Below, one piece after another: positions 48,364 to 57,908 of a stretch of 64,000 nt of DNA. The position numbers and the translations under genes are program-made. The notes beneath the pieces were generated by a model. The model was not told where the DNA came from, searched no databases, and saw only the letters and a program-made list of their open reading frames with translations. This DNA is from Candidatus Poribacteria bacterium (GTDB lineage Bacteria; Poribacteria; WGA-4E; WGA-3G): positions 2,432,001-2,496,000 of the forward strand of contig OZ244048.1 in NCBI GenBank assembly GCA_965215265.1. The letters run 5' to 3'. Numbering within the stretch: position 1 is the stretch's first letter; each line of letters begins with the position of its first letter.

Positions 48364-49329
48364 TCAGGCTGGTTCGATTCCGTCAAGGATTTTTCTTGCT
48401 GCTCTTAGCTTAGCACTCCGTGCGCGTGGATTTTGTTGAATTTCAATTTGCGCTGGACGCACGGGGCGTTTGGTTAGAATCTGTAATGATGGGCGATGTT
48501 CACAAATACAGACAGGCGTTTTTGGGGGACAAAGACATGCACGTGCACAGCGCTGGAACCGTCTCTTCACGATCCGGTCCTCAAGCGAGTGGAAGGTAAT
48601 AACACAAAGGATGCCGCCCGGTTTTAACAACGGGACTGCTGCATCTAAGACAGTGGCGAGGTTATCTAATTCACTGTTGACGTAAATCCGCAGTGCTTGG
48701 AAGACCCGCGTGGCCGGATGGATTCTGGCTGTCCGCTGTCGGTTAGCACGTGCTGAGAGTGCAGAGATGACAATATCAGCGAGATGTGCAGTCGTTTTTA
48801 TCGGTGTGTGCTGTCTCGCTTGGACGATGTACTGGGCAACTCGTTTGGCAAACCGTTCTTCTCCATACCGTCTGAAAATATCTGTAAGGGTATCCAGCGG
48901 CTTCTCATTGACGACCTGTTCTGCTGAGGGCGATTGCCGTGTATCCATACGCATGTCCAAAGGCCCGGTGTGATTGAAACTAAAACCGCGGCTGGGTGTC
49001 TCTAATTGTAAAGATGACACCCCTAAATCGAGCAAGATGCCATCGACACCGGTGATTGAATTGTTTTCTAGTAATGACTGAAGTTGGGCAAAGTTGCCAT
49101 GGATGAAGCGTGCCCGGTCTTTAAAGTGCTGCAGGCGTTCGCGGGCGATGGCTAATGCTGATTCATCAACATCAATTCCGATGAGTCGCCCGTTGGGCGC
49201 GGATTTTTCCAAAATTGCGGTACTATGCCCCCCCAATCCTACGGTTGCATCTATGTAAGTGCCGCCCGGTTTGGGTTTAAGCACCTCAAGTACTTTCTCG
49301 CGTAAGACCGGGATATGTTGTGTCGACAT
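48364..49329 (-). CDS. rsmH: 16S rRNA m4C1402 methyltransferase
   Basis: HIPVL, DATVGLGGH, DLGVSS, FHSLED, NPRARSAKLR. Confidence 0.96.
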   Translation of the reverse strand: MSTQHIPVLREKVLEVLKPKPGGTYIDATVGLGGHSTAILEKSAPNGRLIGIDVDESALAIARERLQHFKDRARFIHGNFAQLQSLLENNSITGVDGILLDLGVSSLQLETPSRGFSFNHTGPLDMRMDTRQSPSAEQVVNEKPLDTLTDIFRRYGEERFAKRVAQYIVQARQHTPIKTTAHLADIVISALSARANRQRTARIHPATRVFQALRIYVNSELDNLATVLDAAVPLLKPGGILCVITFHSLEDRIVKRRFQRCARACLCPPKTPVCICEHRPSLQILTKRPVRPAQIEIQQNPRARSAKLRAARKILDGIEPA

Positions 49330-49372
49330 CCTATTATCCCCTACTGGTTATATAGCAAGAAGCGTGCCAATC

Positions 49373-50338
49373 TTATGGATGAATCTGATTCTGATAGATA
49401 GCGGTTACGAGTTCCATAGTTTTGATTGCGTCTTGGAAACAGGTTAGCGGCTGCCGGTCTTGCTGGAGGCAATCTACAAAGTGCCGGTTCTCGCCGTAGA
49501 ATCCATAGGCTTTGTGATGTTGCTCGGAGCCTGCTGCTTCCTCTGTTGTGATGTGAGTTTCGCCTTCAGATGTGTGAAGAGTTGCGCCTCGGCCGGCATC
49601 GGGATTAATGTAGGCGGAAATGCCTTGTGCGTGCATCTCAAAAATATGGATACGTCCGCCGGCTGCCCAATTCGTGCAAAGATATCCTGAGGCACCGCTG
49701 GTAAATTTAACAATAGCGTTGAAACTGTTTTGCCGTTGCGCCCCGAAGCTGTTAATGTCGCTGGCAACGGCTTTAACGTCGCCCCCGCCGAGCCATCGAA
49801 GTGCGTCCACTGCATGAATCGCGTCGCAGGTTAAAACGTCAATGACACCGTCATAGTAAAGTGCGCTGGGGGTATTTTTGTGAAAGGTTGACATGCACTG
49901 GAGAATCGGTCCCTTCTCTTCAACTTTCGCCTTGACTTTTTGCAACAGCGGTATGAAACGCCGGTTGAACCCTACCATCGTTTTGCAGCCGTGCTTTTCT
50001 GCGGCAAGCGCCATCTCCTTTGTTTGATGCAGCGTCACACCGGGCGGTTTCTCTATAAAGACATGGTGTCCTTGAGAAAGGCAATGGATAACAAGCGGGA
50101 ACAGGTGTTGCGGCGGCATTAATATGTAAACTGCATCCGGGCCGGTTTTTTCCAACATCTGCCGATAGTCAGTAAATGTCTGCTCAATCTCAAACCGTTC
50201 CGCAGTTGCTTGAAGTTTGGAAGGCACTAGTTCACAAAGTCCAACGAGATTCACATCATCAAATTCAAAAAGCGACGGATAGTGGACACTGTTTGCCATC
50301 CCACCCGCGCCGATTAAAGCGATATTAATCGGTTTCAT
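49373..50338 (-). CDS. Gfo/Idh/MocA oxidoreductase
   Basis: IGAGGMA, EKP, GFNRRF, DAIHAVD. Confidence 0.9.
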   Translation of the reverse strand: MKPINIALIGAGGMANSVHYPSLFEFDDVNLVGLCELVPSKLQATAERFEIEQTFTDYRQMLEKTGPDAVYILMPPQHLFPLVIHCLSQGHHVFIEKPPGVTLHQTKEMALAAEKHGCKTMVGFNRRFIPLLQKVKAKVEEKGPILQCMSTFHKNTPSALYYDGVIDVLTCDAIHAVDALRWLGGGDVKAVASDINSFGAQRQNSFNAIVKFTSGASGYLCTNWAAGGRIHIFEMHAQGISAYINPDAGRGATLHTSEGETHITTEEAAGSEQHHKAYGFYGENRHFVDCLQQDRQPLTCFQDAIKTMELVTAIYQNQIHP

Positions 50339-50365
50339 GTTATTTTTTTCTCCTTAAAATTATTA

Positions 50366-50443
50366 TTGACATGTTACAAGATGATATGTTACAATACAAG
50401 CAGCGTCTTTATATGATATGTTATAATACAAGCAACGTCTTTA
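50366..50443 (+). promoter_or_regulatory. Promoter with a 32-bp tandem duplication
   Basis: TTGACA...TACAAT; ATGATATGTTA(c/t)AATACAAGCA(g/a)CGTCTTTA at 50381 and 50413. Confidence 0.6.
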
Positions 50444-50805
50444 CTAAAAAGATTAGGACAATTTCGTAATACGTTATGAACATGTGCGAAATCACAAAAT
50501 ACCCCAATAGGTGAGCTCTTCAGACCCGGCCGCAACGGGTGAATAGAGGAAAGAAAGTCTGAGGCAAACGGAGCAAGATCAGCTGATGTGGCATCCAGAC
50601 CAAACCTGCTTTGCTTCTCTCTAGAGCCGTCTCTAAGTGTGGAACCAAAACCAGAGAGAAAATCGCCGGCGGTAAAAAAACGTCTGATTCCCACAGACCA
50701 TATAACATCCGCACGTCCCAGGGACGAAAAATGAAAATATGAGATGTCATTCCAATTCTCAAAACAAGCTGCACGGATTCGCGTGTCCAAAGGAGAAATC
50801 ATAAA

Positions 50806-53800
50806 ATGAGAAAATCTAAAAGCATCATCTGGCGCGGTTTTATCTGCATATTCATGCTCCTCGTGGCTTATCAAAACGGTGAGGCACAACAGCCGCTCGC
50901 ACAAAAAGTTTACGCTATCTTTGAACAACACTGCCTGAATTGCCATGGTGAATTCGGGGCTTTCGCCGATGAACTGACAATGCAGCATGCCGAGCTCATC
51001 GCGTCTCAAAACGTCATCCCACGAGACACCGATGCCTCCTTGCTCTATCAACGCTTAATAACAGAGAATCCTGCGGAACGGATGCCGTTAAACCTACCCC
51101 GGCTGTCCGATGACGATATTTTTCTCATCCAATTGTGGATTGCCGAAGGTGCCCCAGATTGGCAAACCACCGCCACACACGGCGACTTCATCACAACCGA
51201 GGAGATGCTCAATACCATTACCATTGAGAAGGATGTGAACTCGCTCGCCCCTTTTGACCGGGGATTTGCACGCTATTTCACGCTCACACACCTCTATAAC
51301 GCAGGCGAGAGTGCGGAGGCACTACACGCCTATCAACGCGCCCTCTCCAAACTCGTCAATAGCCTCTCCTGGGGGCGCGAGGTTATCAACCCACAATCGA
51401 TTGACGCGGAAGCCACGATTTTCTACATAGACCTTCGCGACTACGAATGGGAGATAGGCAGTAACCGATGGACACAGATTGAAAGCGCCTATCCGTATAA
51501 AAATAACTATGCAGCACCCACACAGACACATCTGCAGGAAACCTTGGCGCGCCTGCGTGAAGCGATGCAATGCGAAGTGCCGTTTATCCATGTGGATTGG
51601 TTTCTGGCAAACGCCTCCTTGCCCCCGCTTTATCATGATATTTTGGATTTGCCGCAGACAGACCGCGAGTTGGAAACCCGTCTTGAGGTGAACGTTGTTG
51701 AAAACCTGCGGAATGCGGCGGGGCGGCGCGTGTGGCGTGCGGGTTTCAACGACTCCGGTGTCTCCAATCACAACCGTGTTGTTGAAAGACATCTCTCGCG
51801 ATATGGGGCGTATTGGAAAAGCTACGACTTCGCAGGGAGTGCGGGCACGCAGAATATCTTCACGCATCCCCTCTCTTTCAGACACGACGGCGGGGAGATT
51901 ATCTTTAACCTGCCGAACGGCTTGCAGGGGTACTATCTGGTGGATGCGGGTGGGAATCGCCTGGATGAAGCGCCGATAAGCATCGTCTCAAATCCTGCGG
52001 CGAGCGATCCGACGGTGCGGAACGGGCTGTCCTGCATAGGTTGCCATACAAAAGGGATGAAGTCGCTTGAAGATGAGGTGCGTGCGGTTGTAGTGGAGAA
52101 TGCGAACCCGCCCTTCAATAGAGCGCAGGCGTTACGTCTCTATACAGAGAAAGGTGTGATGGATGAGTTGGTTGCTGAGGATACCGCGCGTTATAGGGCG
52201 GCACTTAAAGACACCGGTGGTGTATTCGGTGGTATTGAGCCGATTCAGCGATTCCACGAGGCGTTCCAAACGCCGCTGGATGCGGCGCAAGCTGCCGCCG
52301 CGGTTGGGTTAGCCTCCGCGGACTTCCTTGCAAAGATTCGTGCGAACGCGAGTTTGCAAAACTTATTGGGTTCGCTGTTGGGCGAAAATGGCACTGTGAA
52401 ACGGGACACTTGGACGGTGCACTTTAGTGAAGTGATGTTTGCGCTGGATTTCCCTGCGGAGAGCGTAGCGGTGCCTGTTGCGACTCAGACAGAACGTCTC
52501 CCTGGGGCGACTGTTCACATCCCTGACGCAAACCTGCGTGCCGTGATTGAAGAAGCAATTGGCAAAGCCCCTGGCACCCTGATTACCGCCTCGGAAATGG
52601 GAACGCTTACACGTCTTTCTGCAAGTGGAATGGAGATTCAAGATTTGGAAGGGCTTCAGTTCGCAGCAAATCTGGAAGAACTAAGACTTCGCGGCAATCC
52701 GCTGTCCGATTTATCCCCTTTAGCAGAGTTACTGACACTAAAAGAGGTAGAAATTTCTGGTGAATCCTTATCAGATCTGTCGCCTCTTGCCGGGCTAATT
52801 AACCTTGAGGGAGTAGGATTTTGGAAAACTTCCATCTCAGATCTCTCGCCCCTTGCAGGATTAACAAAACTAATATGGTTGGAATTTAAGAACAGTCCGA
52901 TATCTGACTTATCGCCACTGGCAGGACTCACGAATTTAAAAAGACTGACAACTTACGCCTCTAGGGAACCTGATCTTTCGCCTTTAAAAGGGTTAACCCG
53001 TTTGGTAGATTTAACAGTTGCTAGCAGTGGAGTAGTCGACATCTCATCACTGATAGGATTGATTAATTTAGAACAGCTTACAATAACGGGCAACAATATA
53101 TCTGACATCTCGTCTCTAGCATCTTTGAAACATCTTAAATCGCTAAATCTGTCCGGTAACAAGCTATCGGACATATCGCCCCTCGCAACTTTGCACAACT
53201 TGGAAGAACTACAACTTCAGCGTAATAGTATATTAGACATATCGCCTTTGCATCGGTTACATGAGAACACAAAAACCTCTTGGTTCAGCAATCCAGGTTT
53301 CCCTCAGGGTGGGGCCAAAATAGAAGGCCCATGGTTATGGGTATTGGTGCCGGGAGCCGGTTTTTGGGATGGAGTGGATTTGCTTTCACAAGCAAGTGAT
53401 GATGCTGTAACAGAATTGAGGATTGCAACAAGCGGTGCAATAGAGGGAAACTCTGTCGGAGAAAATGTGTGGACATCACACAAAATTGCACCTGCAAGGG
53501 GGGATAATATCCGCACAATGCTGAATGCTATTGGTATGGAAGGGGAAAATTATAGAGATAATGTCGTTTATGGTTCCATCACCTTATATTCACCACGTGA
53601 ACAACAAACACAAGTATTTGCCGGAAGCGATCTCGACCATAAGGTTTGGCTCAATCGGGAGTTAGTTAACGAAAACCTTAGTCGGATCTGGGCTCGCGAT
53701 TATCAAGATTTTTCTCCTGTTACATTAAAAGAAGGTACAAATGTCTTATTGGTTGCGATTTATCACATCGGCGGAGAGTTTAGTGGATTTTTTGGGTTCG

Positions 53801-54875
53801 CCCCTGGTACAGAGTATACAACGATATCCCCTGGCAGCGGCTTTGCGTTTTCAACAGATGCGACAAGCGTTCGCGTTGGTGATACCTTCACTGTTCACAT
53901 CAGTGCAGAAAAGGTTACCGATTTAGCCGGGTGGCAATTTGAGGTAGCATTTTCCCCTGAGATACTTGAAGCGGTTGAAGTCAGCGAGGGGGATTTGCTG
54001 AAGAAAGGTGGTGGGACGACCTTCTTCCAGCGAGGCACGATTGACAATACAACAGGTAAAATTGCGGGGCTCAGCACTGCGTTGCTTTCCGAAAAAGGTG
54101 TCAGCGGCACCGGGAGACTGCTGTCAGTGGTATTCTCCGCGAAGGGGGCGGCGACAGTGAACTCACACTGTCTAACTTCCAACTTGGTGATAGCACCGGT
54201 GAGGTGATTGCAGCCGGTGTGCCAAATCTTACCATTACTGTAGAGTCTAAACCGACCTGGGATGTGAATGCCGATGGGCAGGTGAGCGTTCTGGACATGA
54301 TTCAGGTGGCGCGCTACTTAGGCGAGGATGCGGCTGCCAACCCGCAAGCGGATGTGAATCGCGATGGGAAGATTAACGTCCAAGATCTCATCCTTGTGGC
54401 ACAACACATGGGCGAATCCACCACTGCCGCCGCGCCTTTTGCTGGGGTGAGAGACAGGGTGGAACTAACTCCAGAGATAGTTCGGGCATGGATAACACAA
54501 GCACAGGCAGAAAATGATGGCTCACTCGCTTTCCAACAAGGGATTGCGAATCTCCAAAGTCTTTTCGCCTCGCTGCTGCCTGAAGAAACGGTGCTGCTGG
54601 CGAATTATCCGAACCCGTTCAACCCAGAGACGTGGATACCGTATCAGTTGTCGGACGCTGCGGATGTAAGTTTGACTGTCTATTCTGCGCGGGGGCTGGT
54701 GGTTCGGCAGTTGTCGTTGGGGCATAAGGCGGCGGGTCTGTATGAGAGCCGGAGTCGTGCGGTGTATTGGGACGGTAAAAATGAACAGGGTGAGCCTGTG
54801 GCGAGTGGTGTCTATTTCTACACGCTCACGGCAGGTGATTTCACTGCGACGCGTAAAATGCTGCTAAGGAAGTAG
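50806..54875 (+). CDS. Secreted multidomain protein (c-type cytochrome, internalin-like LRRs, cohesin, dockerin, FlgD/CTD), split by a frameshift near 54144
   Basis: CLNCH and CIGCH; ISDLSPLAGLT repeats; DLAGWQF cohesin; DVNADG/DVNRDG dockerin; NYPNPFNPETWIPY; ORFs 50806..54207 and 54204..54875. Confidence 0.85.
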
Positions 54876-54907
54876 ATTTGTGAATTGGAGAGAAAAGGAC
54901 GGTAAAA

Positions 54908-56503
54908 ATGAACGTGGATCCGATACGCTTAGAGCTTTATAAAAACATGCTCATCTCAGTTGCGGAGGAGATGGGTGTGACGCTGCAGCGCACTGCTTTC
55001 TCACCGAACATTAAAGAGCGCCTTGACTTTTCCTGTGCGGTCTTTGATGGGAATGGGCAGATGGTTGCGCAAGCCGCGCATATCCCTGCGCATCTCGGCT
55101 CCATGCCCCTCTCAGTGCTTGCTGCGATTGAGCATACAGATATGGCACCGGGTGACATGATTGCGCTGAATGATCCGTACCATGGTGGCACCCATCTGCC
55201 GGATATTACACTCGTTTCGCCGGTTTTTACAAATAGTGGCGATTCTCCGGCGTTTTTTGTTGCGAATAGGGCCCACCACGCGGATGTGGGTGGCATGACC
55301 CCGGGCTCGATGCCCCTCGCTACGAGTGTGATTCAGGAAGGCATCCGCATTCCACCAGTTAAGCTCGTCCGTGGCGGGACGCTGGACGGAGATTTATGGG
55401 CACTGATTCTGGCTAACGTTCGCACACCGTCAGAACGCAGCGGCGATATGGAGGCACAACTCGCTGCGAACCGCATCGGTGAGCGGCGTTTGCAGGAAAT
55501 CGTCACGAAATATGGAGCGTCAGAAATTGCTGTGTATCTGCAGGAGCTGTGTGCCTACTCTAGCCGGCTGGTGCGTGCGTTTCTGCAAGATATTCCGGAC
55601 GGACGCTACACCTTCACCGATTTTTTAGATAACGACGGTATAAGTGCAAAGCCGATTGAGATCTGTGTCGCGCTTGAGATTACGGGGGATGAGGCGGTGG
55701 TAGATTTTACAGGGACTGCTGGGCAAGTGCGCGGTTCTGTGAATGCGATTTACGCGATTACGCTCTCGGCTGTCTTTTATACGTTCCGGTGCCTTGCAGG
55801 CGTGGATGTGCCGTCTAATGCGGGCTGTCTGGAGCCGCTCTCGGTCATTGCGCCGGAGGGCACTGTTGTCAATGCGACATTCCCCTCTGCAGTTGCCGGG
55901 GGTAACGTTGAAACTTCACAGCGCATCGTTGATGTGCTACTGGGTGCTTTGGCGAAGGCCTGCCCTGGGTGCATTCCGGCGGCGAGCTGCGGCTCTATGA
56001 ATAATCTGACAGTTGGAGGTTACGACGTTTCGCGCGGGCGAGATTTTACGTATTACGAAACGATTGCGGGCGGCATGGGCGCACGGCCGGGCAGCGATGG
56101 CATTGATGCTATCCACACGCACATGACCAATACGATGAATACCCCTATAGAAGCGATTGAAACGACTTATCCTATGCAGGTTGAACGGTACGGCATCCGG
56201 CGCGGTACAGGCGGGAGCGGTGCGTTTCGAGGCGGGGACGGTGCGGTCCGTTCCTTGCGACTCCTCACAGATGCCGAAGTTACCATTCTTTCAGAACGTC
56301 GAGAGCGAGGACCCTACGGCTTGCAAGGCGGTGAAACTGGAGAGACGGGGCGGAACGTGTTAATCCGGAACGGCAAAGAGATGCCGTTAGGAGGTAAAGC
56401 GAGCGTGAACGCCCTTGCTGGCGATGTCGTTCAGATTGAAACGCCCGGTGGCGGTGGGTATGGGAAATCCCCGCAAGATGTCTCCGAGGAGACAATAGGA
56501 TAG
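54908..56503 (+). CDS. Hydantoinase B / 5-oxoprolinase family protein
   Basis: SPNIKERLDFS, HIPAHLG, NDPYHGGTHLPD, ETPGGGGYG. Confidence 0.92.
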   Translation: MNVDPIRLELYKNMLISVAEEMGVTLQRTAFSPNIKERLDFSCAVFDGNGQMVAQAAHIPAHLGSMPLSVLAAIEHTDMAPGDMIALNDPYHGGTHLPDITLVSPVFTNSGDSPAFFVANRAHHADVGGMTPGSMPLATSVIQEGIRIPPVKLVRGGTLDGDLWALILANVRTPSERSGDMEAQLAANRIGERRLQEIVTKYGASEIAVYLQELCAYSSRLVRAFLQDIPDGRYTFTDFLDNDGISAKPIEICVALEITGDEAVVDFTGTAGQVRGSVNAIYAITLSAVFYTFRCLAGVDVPSNAGCLEPLSVIAPEGTVVNATFPSAVAGGNVETSQRIVDVLLGALAKACPGCIPAASCGSMNNLTVGGYDVSRGRDFTYYETIAGGMGARPGSDGIDAIHTHMTNTMNTPIEAIETTYPMQVERYGIRRGTGGSGAFRGGDGAVRSLRLLTDAEVTILSERRERGPYGLQGGETGETGRNVLIRNGKEMPLGGKASVNALAGDVVQIETPGGGGYGKSPQDVSEETIG

Positions 56504-56520
56504 TGGATGTGTGAGAAGTT

Positions 56521-57432
56521 TTACGTCCCTATCGCATCAATTCGTGCTTGCGCACACATCGCCATACGGTTCTCGAGTTCATATCCGATAAAAGCCCTGC
56601 CCTCAAGTTTGGCGGCGACACCGGTTGAACCGGAGCCTGCGAAAGCATCAAAAACGAGGGCACGCGGTGCAGAGAAGATACGAATTAGGTGCTGAAGTAA
56701 ATCAACGGGTTTAGTAGTTATGTGTCCGTGGCGTTTCCTCGGTTTTTTTGCTGGAATGACAGTGCCTGGGAATTGATTTGCATCAATCAACGGGTTGTGG
56801 ACATCAATTAACCCGGTTTCCCACTTATCCCAATTATCGACAAAAGTGCCGTCCCGCGGTGCTTGTGCAAGGATTATCATTTCGCCTTGCGGCTTCAATT
56901 GCGGTGTTTTTCGTCCTCCGAGTTTCTGGATAAGCCGTTCCTTTTCAGCGGTGGGCAGTTTCCGTTTTCGGATAAAATGATTTTGGGTGAAAGCTTTGGC
57001 TTGCCCTTCATATCGCCAGAGCAAAACGTCCCGTATTTCAAACCCTGCATCCTCTAATGCGACAGCGGTTCTATGTGCTAGGCGGTTCTGGCTAAAAACG
57101 AGGCAAAAGCCGCCGGGTCGAATGACACGCATCCATTCTTGAGCGATGGGTGTCAGGAACCGTTGCAAATCTCGGCCCTGTTTAGCGGAGAACTTCATTC
57201 CGGCTGGCAAGGAGCTTACAACGCCCTTTTTGACGCGTGCGGTTAGTTTTTGCGTGTCCCAATCTGCATCCATGCCGTTAATGAAATAGGGTGGGTCGGT
57301 TAGTATGAGTGAAACGGTATTGTCCGCAAGTTGTTTCATCCCTGTCCGGCAGTCCACATTTTCTACATGTGCGGTTAAATCCTCAGCGAGTGTGCGGGGG
57401 TGCGGGGTGGATAGTTTCGTGTTATTTTTCAA
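56521..57432 (-). CDS. Orphan N4/N6 DNA methyltransferase (beta class)
   Basis: TDPPY, HITTKP, DAFAGSGSTG; start uncertain. Confidence 0.85.
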   Translation of the reverse strand: MKNNTKLSTPHPRTLAEDLTAHVENVDCRTGMKQLADNTVSLILTDPPYFINGMDADWDTQKLTARVKKGVVSSLPAGMKFSAKQGRDLQRFLTPIAQEWMRVIRPGGFCLVFSQNRLAHRTAVALEDAGFEIRDVLLWRYEGQAKAFTQNHFIRKRKLPTAEKERLIQKLGGRKTPQLKPQGEMIILAQAPRDGTFVDNWDKWETGLIDVHNPLIDANQFPGTVIPAKKPRKRHGHITTKPVDLLQHLIRIFSAPRALVFDAFAGSGSTGVAAKLEGRAFIGYELENRMAMCAQARIDAIGT

Positions 57433-57482
57433 GGTTGGGTATCTCCGTAGTTATCCGTCCGCACGAAGTTTAAACATGAAAA

Positions 57483-57827
57483 CTTGAGTTGAGAATAAGC
57501 CGGATTCTGTATACGATGATCATTCATCTGGGATTAATGTTACCATTAACCTCAAGCGGTTACCGGGGGACGAGGCGGGCACACCCTTAACTATCCCCAC
57601 TTTACCTTGCTCCGGATGGGGTTTACCGAGCTCCATAAGTCACCTTATGGACTGGTGCGCTTTTACCGCACCGTTTCACCTGTACACCGCGTGCGATGTA
57701 GTCTACTTTCTGTTGCACTTTCCATAGCGTTGCCGCTCCTGGGTGTTACCCAGCATCCTGCCCGTTGGAGTCCGGACTTTCCTCATCCCAAGAAAGGGTT
57801 GGGACGCGACCATCTACTCAACTCAAG
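57483..57827 (-). ncRNA. rnpB: RNase P RNA (type A)
   Basis: Minus strand shows GAGGAAAGTCCGG, AGTGCAACAGAAA, GGTAAACCCC, ACAGAATCCGGCTTA; terminal P1 pairing CTTGAGTTGAG/CTCAACTCAAG. Confidence 0.95.
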
Positions 57828-57908
57828 CTGCCTTATAGGATACCACAAGGGCGGTATTAATTGCAAGGGGCGAGTGTGATAAAGAGATAACGCGAATAGG
57901 ACGGTGGA

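Noticed and set aside
50389-51051. 220-aa minus-strand ORF
   Set aside because: Overlaps the start of the cytochrome gene antisense and shows no recognisable motifs
57607-57879. 90-aa ORF
   Set aside because: Antisense to RNase P RNA
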